Shown piece after piece: positions 53,001 through 64,000 of a stretch of 64,000 bases of DNA. Position 1 is the first letter of the stretch, and each line of letters starts with the position of its first letter. The stretch is from the human T2T-CHM13v2.0 reference genome, Homo sapiens: the NCBI RefSeq assembly GCF_009914755.1, contig NC_060927.1. One strand, written 5' to 3'. The notes under the pieces were generated by a model. That model was given only the letters and a program-made list of their open reading frames with translations. It made no database searches and was not told the DNA's origin. The position numbers and the translations under genes were made by a program.

Positions 53001-55930
53001 CAGTATAGGTGATTCCTCAAGGATCTAGACCAGAAATACCATTTGACCCAGTAATCCCATTACTGGGTATATACCAAAAGGAATATAAATCATTCTACTA
53101 TAAAGACACATGCACATGTATGTTTATTGCAACACTATTTACAATAGCAAAGTCATGGAACCAACCCAAATGTCCATCAATGATAGACTGGATAAAGAAA
53201 ATGTGGTACACATTAAAAAGCTTATCCACCACAATCAAGTTGGCTTCAGCCCTGGGATGCAAGGCTGGTTCAACATACGCAAATCAATAAACATAATCTG
53301 TCACATAAACAGAACTAATGACAAAAACCACATGATTATCTCAATAGATGCAGAAAAAGGTCTTCAATAAAATTCAACATCCCTTCATGCTAAAAACACT
53401 CAATAAATAAGTACTGATGGAACATATCTCAAAATAATAAGAGCTATTTATGACAAACCCACAGCCAATATCATACTGAATGGGCAAAAGCTGGAAGCAT
53501 TCCCTTTGAAAACTGGCACAAGACAAGGATGCCCTCTCTCACCACTCCCATTAAACATAGTATTGGAAGTTCTGGCCAGGGCAATCAGGCAAGAGAAACA
53601 AATAAAGGGTATTCAAATAGGAAGAGAGGAAGTCAAATTGTCTCTGTTCGCAGATGACATGATTGTATATTTAGAAAACCCTGTTCTCAGCCCAAAATCT
53701 CCTTAAGCTGGTAAGCAACTTCAGCAAAGTCTCCGGATACAAAATCAATGTGCAAAAATCACAAACATTCCTATACACCAATAATAGACAAACAGACAGC
53801 CAAATCATGAATGAACTCCCATTCACAATTGCTACAAAGAGAATAAAATACCTAGGAATCCAACTTATGAGGGATGTGAAGGACCTCTTCAAGGAGAACT
53901 ACAAACCACTGCTCAAAGAAATAAGACAGGCCACAAACAAATGGAAAAACATGCTCATCCATGGTCATGAATAGGAAAAATCAATATTGTGAAAATGGCC
54001 ATACTGCCCAAAGTAATTTATAGATCAAGCTACCACTGACTTTCTTCATAGAATTAGAAAAAACTACTTTAAATTTCATATGGAACCAAAAAAGAGCCTG
54101 TATAGCCAAGACAATCCTAAGCAAAAAAAAAAAAAAAGGCTGAAGGCATCATGCTGCCTGACTTCAAGCTATACTACAAGACTACAGTAACCAAAACAGC
54201 ATGGTACTGTACCAAAACAGATATATAGGTCAGTGGAACAGAACAGAGGCCTCAGAAATAATGCCACACATCTACAACCATCTGATCTTTGACAAAGCTG
54301 ACAAAAACAAGCAATGGGGAAAGGATTCCCTATTTAATAAATGGTGTTGGGAAAACTGGCTAGCCATATGCAGAAAACTGAAGCTGGACCCCTTCCTTAA
54401 GCCTATTACAAAAATTAACTCAAGATCGATTAAAGACTTAAATGTAAGACCTAAAACCATAAAAACCCTAGAAGAAAGCCTAGGCAATACCATTCGGGAC
54501 ATAGGCATGGGCAAAGACTTAATGACTGAAACACCAAAAGCAATGGCAACAAAAGCCAAAATTGACAACTGGGATCTAATTAAACTAACGAGCTTCTGCA
54601 CAGCAAAAGAAACTATTATCAGAGTGAACAGAACAGGCAATCTAGAGAATGGGAGAAAATTTTTGCAATCTATCCACCTGACAAAGGGCTAATATCCAGA
54701 ATCTAAAAGAAACTTAAACAAATTTACAAGAAAAACACAAACAACCCCATCAAAAAGTGGGCAAAGGATATGAACAGACACTTCTCAAAAGAAGATATTT
54801 ATGTGGCCAAAAAACATATGAAAAAAAGCTCATCATCACTGGTCATTAGAGAAATGCAAATCAAAACCACAATGAGATACCATCTCACACCAGTTAGAAT
54901 GGCAATCATTAAAAAGTCAGGAAACAACAAATGCTGGAGAGGATGTAGAGAAATAGGAACACTTTTACACTGTTGGTGGGAATGTAAATTAGTTCAACCA
55001 TTGTGGAAGACAGTGTGGTGAGTCCTTAAAGATCTAGAACCAGAAACACTATTTGACCCAGGAATCTCATTACTGGGTATAACCCAAAGAATTATAAATC
55101 ATTCTACTATGAAGACATATGGACATGTAGGATTGTTGCAGCACTATTCACAATAGCAAAGACTTGGACCAACCCAAATGCCCAATGATAGACTGGATAA
55201 AGAAAATGTGGCACATATATACCATGGAATACTATGCAGCCATAAAAAAGAATGCATTCATGTCCTTTGCAGAGACATGGATGAAGCTGGAAATCATTCT
55301 CAGCAAACTAACATAGGAACAGAAAACCAAACACCCCACATTCTCACTCATAAGTGGGAGCTGAACAATGAAAACATATGGGCACAGGGAGGGAAACATC
55401 ACACACCAGTGCCTGTTGGGAGGTGGGGGGCAAGAGGAGGGATAGCATTAGGAGAAATAGCAAATGTAGATGACGGGTTGATAGGTGCAGCAAACTACCA
55501 TGGTACATGTATACCTATGTAACAAACCTGTAGGTTCTGCACATGTATCCCAGAACTTAAAGTATAATAAAAAAAAAGTGGTACATATACACCATGGAAT
55601 ACTACACAGACATAAAAAGGAATGAGATCATGTCCTCTGCAGGGACATGAATGAAGCTGCAAGCCATCATCCTTAGCAAACTAACACAGGAAAAGAAAAC
55701 CAAACATATGTTCTCACTCATAAGTAGGAGTTGAACAATAAGAACACATGGACACAGGGTGGAGAACAACACAGACCAGGGCCTGTTGTGGGGTGGGCGA
55801 TGAGGGAAGAGAATTTAGAGGACAGGTCAATAGGTGCGGCAAACCACATGACACACATATACCTATGTAACAAACCTGCATGTTCCACACATGTATCCTG
55901 GAACTTACAGTAAAATTTAAATAAATAAAT
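50076..55930 (+). mobile_element. Outer L1PA (5' truncated in the endonuclease domain), split into 50076-53210 and 55578-55930
   Basis: ORF2 fragments [39 protein letters not shown] with stops and frameshifts; 3' UTR and A tail. Confidence 0.95.
53211..55577 (+). mobile_element. Inner L1PA (5' truncated in RT) inserted into the outer L1
   Basis: RT motif [10 protein letters not shown] (53506-53706), [18 protein letters not shown], own 3' UTR and A tail; TSD AAAA(T)GTGGTACA. Confidence 0.95.
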
Positions 55931-56358
55931 AATACCCTCACAGACATGCCCATAAATAATATTTAGTCAGTTATCTGGGCACCTCATTGCCCAATCAAGT
56001 TGACACACAAAATTAACCATCACGGGAAAAGAAATAATTAGGGTTAGATGATGATATTAGTTGCTTTACAAGAAGAGCATGTTCACTCATATATGCTCTG
56101 TCTGTCTGCCATTGAGGACACAGCAAGAAGGCAGCAAGGAGTGTCCTCACCAGGAGCCAAATCGGCCAGCACCTTGATCTTGAAATTCCCAACCTCCACA
56201 ACTCTAGGAAATAAATGTCTGTTGTTAAAGCCACCCAATGTATACTGTTTTATTATAGTATCCCTAGTAGACTAATGCAGATCATAATTAATAGAAACAG
56301 GTTTTGAACCCACACTGAAGCTTCCAAGTCTATACTTTACACAACAACACTCTACCAT

Positions 56359-57429
<1,071 letters not shown>

Positions 57430-57487
57430 CATTGTTGTCTGGTTTTTTTTACCTTTTTGCTTACCAACTATGTAACAGGTACTGCTA

Positions 57488-57514
57488 GGTAATGGTAATG
57501 GTAATGGTAATGGT
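57488..57514 (+). repeat. (GGTAAT)n hexamer repeat
   Basis: About 4.5 units visible. Confidence 0.85.
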
Positions 57515-58459
57515 ATACAATAATAAATACAAACAGACCTTGCTCCTACTCACATAGAGTTTATAGTGTAGATTAATCTTCTTTTCTTGCAAATATCAGG
57601 ATCATAACACCAGTCGAACATGAACACAAAATGGAATTGAGATTAGCCAGGAGACAAGCATGAAGATGAGAATAAGGCAAGGATGGTCCAGGTTGGGAAG
57701 GCAAGGGGAGCTGCTAAGGCAGAGTACCTGATAAGAACTTTCCCCCTCCCTTAGAAAGGGGCAGTGCTTCAGCATCTGTACATGTCAAGCAGTACCTGAG
57801 ATGGACTTCAAACAGAAACAGCATGATCTGATGGCTTAAAAGATGGATGTCCCTAGAAAGCAGAATGAGCCATGATAGAAATTGAAATCTTGCCTTCATC
57901 TTTCAAAAACATGAAATCAGTATTCTGCAACATACTGGGGCACTAGTTACTCCCCTGATTTAAACATCCCAGATAAATGGAATTCATTTAACTCTGGATG
58001 TCTGGTAAGGAGTCAGCGACCAAATATACCCAATTGAAGATGAGGGTCTCTCATTTCTAAGAGGGCAGGAACTTAACTAACTGCAGCTGCAGTATACAAT
58101 CTCAGGCTTGGCCTCGTGACTGCCATGATGTATAAGCCTCTTAATAGACATAAAAGAGGAGACAGCACTTATGAGAATCTTGTAGCTTTCAGTTTAAGCA
58201 AATGATTCACTCAGTCTCAGAAGCCTCAAAACCCAGTGAAAACCTTCTATATGCCAACCACTATTCTATGCACTATAGATGTAGAGGTTTAAAAAAAAAA
58301 GAAATAGAACAAACACAGTTCTGCTGTTACAAATCTTATATTCTAATGAGAGTAAAATAAATTAACCCATGAATAAAAAGTTATTTTGATAATGATAGAT
58401 GCTGTGAAGAAAATAAAACAGGGTCATGTGATAGGGTGACTAAGTGTCAACTAAGTATC

Positions 58460-59180
<721 letters not shown>

Positions 59181-60709
59181 TCAATACCATAGCAGCTTAC
59201 CCTTTCTCCACCTAGGCAACTGGGGCTTGAGGCAGAACTATTAAGTGGGATGGTAAAAGGAGATGGCATTTAGGAGATGAGGGCTGCATAATGAGAAAAA
59301 ATTAGCCATATAAATGTGTAGGAGTGGGACAGAAAAAGCATTTATTGCATGCCAGAGAGAGCCTGGCAAATTTCTATTCGAGATCTCAGTAAGACAGCTA
59401 TTACATTAACACCAGAACCACACGTACCGGTAAACCTTTGGCAGAGGGCTAGGAGCTAGATTATGACGATCTAGGAAGGGTTGAAGGTAAAGAACATAAA
59501 ATAAGCCAGGCCAGACCGAACGCAAAGACCAGAATTTGGTGATCACAGAGGTTTCTATGTAGTGTCCAGCTTTCACCATCAAAGGTCAAAAGAAAGTGAA
59601 TGGCTAATGTTTGGACAAACAGAAGTAGTGGGAGATATGGCAAGCAGCTGGTCAGACAAACCATAAATATTTAGTAATTTAATCATTTAACATAAATTTG
59701 TTTTTGTCTTTATTTGTTAAGTTACCATATGTGTGTATGTGATAGTATCTGTTCTGCTATTATGTGCTGCTGTATTTTTTCCTTAGCAAGTGTTGAAAAC
59801 TGTTTCTTTGTTTGGTCATTCAAATAACACGCACTGACCAACACACAGTGGTCTCCATGTGCCTGATATTTCAAGCAGATTCACAAGAACATATACAGAA
59901 AGACAGAAGGGAAAGAATATTTTACCATTAAGAGGGAATGTTAATGTCTAATGATTTTTTAAGCTCCCGTAAGATACACATGAAAATACTTTTCTGAAAG
60001 GCTCTGAGATGCTCAAAGAATGACGAGCAAAGGCAGGAACACAAAGACCTATGAGAATGATTAAGAAACAAGCAAGTCAAAGGAGGAGATGAGGCAGAAT
60101 AAAGCAAACAAGAGGCAACATCAGGGATGCCAGAAGCTGAAAAAGTTTGTACCTGAATCTAATTTTATATGTTTCTCACTGGGGCATAAGTCTAAGGTGA
60201 CTAACATAGAAACTACAGACAGAAATAAGTAAAAACGCAAGCAGGAGTGTAGAACAGAGGTCTTGCCAAATAAGCTCATTGCTTTTTATTCTACCTTCAG
60301 TGAAGATGGAGAAAACATTTGCTAATTGTCACAAAATTCTTTAAGTGGAGGCCAATGGGCTTAATGCTTCTCATTCTGTCATTCAGGGCTGTAAATATTC
60401 TTGCTCCATTGTCCCTTTTTCGTCTCCTATCAGAGTGAAAAAGAATTATTATCTCTAGGGAGTTAGAAAGTTTTGCAAAATGTGAAGAGCTCTAATTTGA
60501 TGTGGTGTTGCAATCGTTGTTCAGTCTCCCAGGCTAGCGGGCATGGTGTTCTGATCCTTCCCTTCAGCCTGAGAATGCAGATGAAGAAGGTGTTCAGGGA
60601 AACGCTCTATTGTTCTGTCCTCTCCCACAGGGGAAAAGGGGAAAGGTGGTTTCAGGGCTACCGCGAAGCACCATTGCTTTCTCCTGAGTTAACTGTCATC
60701 TCACTCCTC

Positions 60710-61575
<866 letters not shown>

Positions 61576-62644
61576 TAGGCAGCAAAAAATAAAGTCTCAA
61601 ATCAAATTTCTAAGTGCTATTCTCAGCATGTCCAGACATTGTAGTTCCTGAATCATACCTCACTTCTCCTTACTTATGTTTACACTAGTTTTTAAAAAGC
61701 AGCCCTTTGGCCTATGAAAAACTAAAGTTTGAATTCTTTGTTTATGCACCTTTAGTTAAATAATTCACTTGACACAAGTTAAAATGGCAAATATTGAGGA
61801 AAAAACTGTGGAAGACAGTTTCTGGGAAGATCATAAGAACTCTACAAAAAAACCTTTATTTAACTCTGCTAAACAAGAAAAAAATAGAAAAAAATTTTCA
61901 AGGCCCTTTGACTCACAAAGCATTATCTCTGCTTTTAATTTCTTACCAGTGATTTGGTTGACACAAAGCTATAAGATTAAGCACTAAGATACCAAAGCAT
62001 ATGTGTCTAGCATGTTTCCTTTTAGGTAAACTTGGCCCAATTCATTTATAAATACATTTTCTATCACATCCTTGGAGAAGCTGATCAAAGCGGCCTCCAA
62101 CTGAGTCAAGATAGACAAGGAGTCACTGTGACAATTCCCATCACACACTCTCTCTCAGGAAATTTCTGTGGCTTATTCAGGTGCTTCCACATATAGTAGA
62201 AAGATATTCTTTATTAAAAGGAAGAAACAGGCATAAAATGAGAAAGCTGGTTATAGTTTCCCCAAACTCAAGATATGCTATTTTAGAATGTTTCTTTACA
62301 TAGAAGGCCACTTGCCCTCACTCCTTCTTTCATTCATTCAATAAGCACTCATGAGACATCTTCTGCTCAAGGCAATGAGGATTCTATATAGCAAGGCATG
62401 TTCTTGTCCTGAAAATGTTCAGCGTTGTCACACATATTTTTAGAAATAATAACCATCATAGACGGTGAATACCAGAAGAGGATTATAACTTTAGTATTAT
62501 TTGCATATGCATATTTTGGCTTTGAATAATCCACTGCTATGTGTTTTGCCAACATTAACTTATATATATTTTCCATTCCCACTGTGATCTAAGTATCTAA
62601 GTATCTTGACAGGAAGGAAGCTGTTTTATACTGCTTCTTGTCAT

Positions 62645-62890
62645 GCATAACATTGTTTCCCTAAATTTTCCATAACTCACAGTAATAAACACAATTTGCA
62701 CTGTGACTCAATACACACATATACACTTATAACAAAAATTTCACAAAAATATACCCACCATTACTATATCAATGCATTTTGGTGTTTTCTATTTTGTAAT
62801 ACTCTATTCTAACCCATTTCATGTAAAACAAAAAACATGCAAGTCATGACCCACTAATAAGCCATAACTCTTGGTTTAAACAAAATTACT
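62645..62890. mobile_element. Probable hAT-Charlie remnant
   Basis: GTCATGACCCACTAA and terminal-like sequences; weak. Confidence 0.35.
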
Positions 62891-62951
62891 CCAAAGACTT
62901 GCAAAGTATTTACGAAACATGGAGTGATACTTGGTAAACAACCACATGACG

Positions 62952-63275
62952 GGCCGGGCGCGGTGGCTCACGCCTGTAATCCCAGCACTTTGGGAGGCTG
63001 ACACAGGCGAATCACGAGGTCAGGAGATTGAGACCATCCTGGCTATCATGGTGAAACCCCGTCTCTACTAAAAATACAAAAAATTAGCCGGGCATGGTGG
63101 CGGGTGCCTGAAGTCTCAGCTACTCAGGAGGGTGAGGCAGGAGAATGGCGTGAACCCGGAAGGCGGAGCTTGCAGTGAGCCGAGATCGCGCCACTGCACT
63201 CCAGCCTGGGCGACAGAGTGAGACTCCGTCTCAAAGTAGATAGATAAATAAATAAATAAATAAACAAACAAACAA
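62952..63275 (+). mobile_element. Alu (AluY-like) with mixed (TAGA)/(TAAA)/(CAAA) tail
   Basis: GAATGGCGTGAACCCGG, GGAGCTTGCAGTG; TSD AACCACATGAC. Confidence 0.97.
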
Positions 63276-63294
63276 ACCACATGACTAAAGGTCA

Positions 63295-63505
63295 TGTGGC
63301 ATAGGTACAGGTATTGGAATCTGGAGTCTGCAATAAGACATATGTGAACTTTAATCAAGGCTCTGCCAATTACTGGACACAGAACCTTAAACAAGTATTT
63401 AACCTCTTTAAGCCTCAATGCCATTATACGGAAAGTGGTGAAAATTCACAGTACCTACCTGTTGAGACAGTACAAGAGATCATGCATACTAAGTATTTAC
63501 TAAAA
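63295..63505 (+). mobile_element. MIR SINE
   Basis: CTGGAGTC...CTCTGCCAATTACT...CAAGTATTTAACCTCTTTAAGCCTCA...AGTACCTACCT. Confidence 0.75.
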
Positions 63506-64000
63506 TGAAAACCATACATTAAACACATAAGAAAATGTTAAAATTTAGGAAATCTATTCAAAGAAATGAAAACAATACTTGAGAAGAAAATTAAAAGTAC
63601 TTGGCATCGGTCAATTTTCACAAGATGTTAGGGAAGTGAACTTCAAGTCGAGATAGTGGATACTTCACAGACTATCTAAGTAAAGATATATTTCATGGGC
63701 TAGGGGAATATAAGAATGGGTTGCCAATATAGACCATTTTCTGCTGAGTTACAGAAAAGAATAGCGTCCCATTTGTTTGATGCAGATTAGATTTGGTCCA
63801 AAAAAAAAGAGGAAGATGAGGGAAAAATAAATAAGTATTTTTGAAGTTTCATCGAGTCATATGATCGTACAGATGAAGTTTGACAAATGAATCAAGAATG
63901 GATACTCAGGGAAAAATGCTTCCTAATACTGCACCGAGAAAGCTGAATCAAGTCCTGACACCTGTAGAATGACCGTAGGGCTAATTTGAATAGCACAGGT

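Larger units (their letters stand above)
49609..56023 (-). mobile_element. MLT2-type (ERVL) LTR split into 49609-50075 and ~55930-56023
   Basis: GTATTAGTCAG.GTTCTCCAGA..AACAGAACC ... CAAGTTGACACACAAAATTAACCATCAC. Confidence 0.85.
49518..56279 (+). mobile_element. MLT1A-like LTR split into 49518-49608 and ~56024-56279; itself inserted in an antisense MIR (~49350-49517 and 56280-56350)
   Basis: TG...CA termini with 5-bp TSD GATCA at 49513-49517 and 56280-56284. Confidence 0.82.

Noticed and set aside
50135-55021. Endonuclease, reverse transcriptase and C-terminal ORFs as a possible novel RT system
   Set aside because: Ordinary L1 ORF2 fragments with stops and frameshifts, no 5' UTR or ORF1; inactive

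Overview
AT-rich, CpG-poor primate (human-like) non-coding DNA, either intergenic or deep intronic, and heavily occupied by interspersed repeats. It holds 14 Alus, many L1 pieces (an ancient near-full-length L1M at about 11.9-23.5 kb, L1MA at 41.8-44.1 kb, nested L1PAs at 50-56 kb), MaLR/ERV LTRs, L2/MIR remnants, DNA-transposon relics and microsatellites. I can support no intact protein-coding gene, RNA gene or CpG island. The ORFs in the track are broken L1 ORF1/ORF2 fragments, Alu/LTR read-throughs, simple repeats or chance. I do not see a new biological system. The most interesting signals are structural: (i) locally templated insertions with snap-back junctions (a ~253-bp direct copy at 9.8/11.0 kb, a 120-bp inverted copy inside a MER4 LTR, a perfected hairpin in L1MA); (ii) one L1 target site reused and present in three copies around a twin-primed L1; (iii) a five-layer nested transposon stack; (iv) a recursive-splice-like motif, a (GGAA)16 array, a SOX/POU motif cluster and two candidate non-coding exons. 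Repeat subfamily names come from recalled consensus sequences, not from a search, and old-repeat boundaries are approximate.
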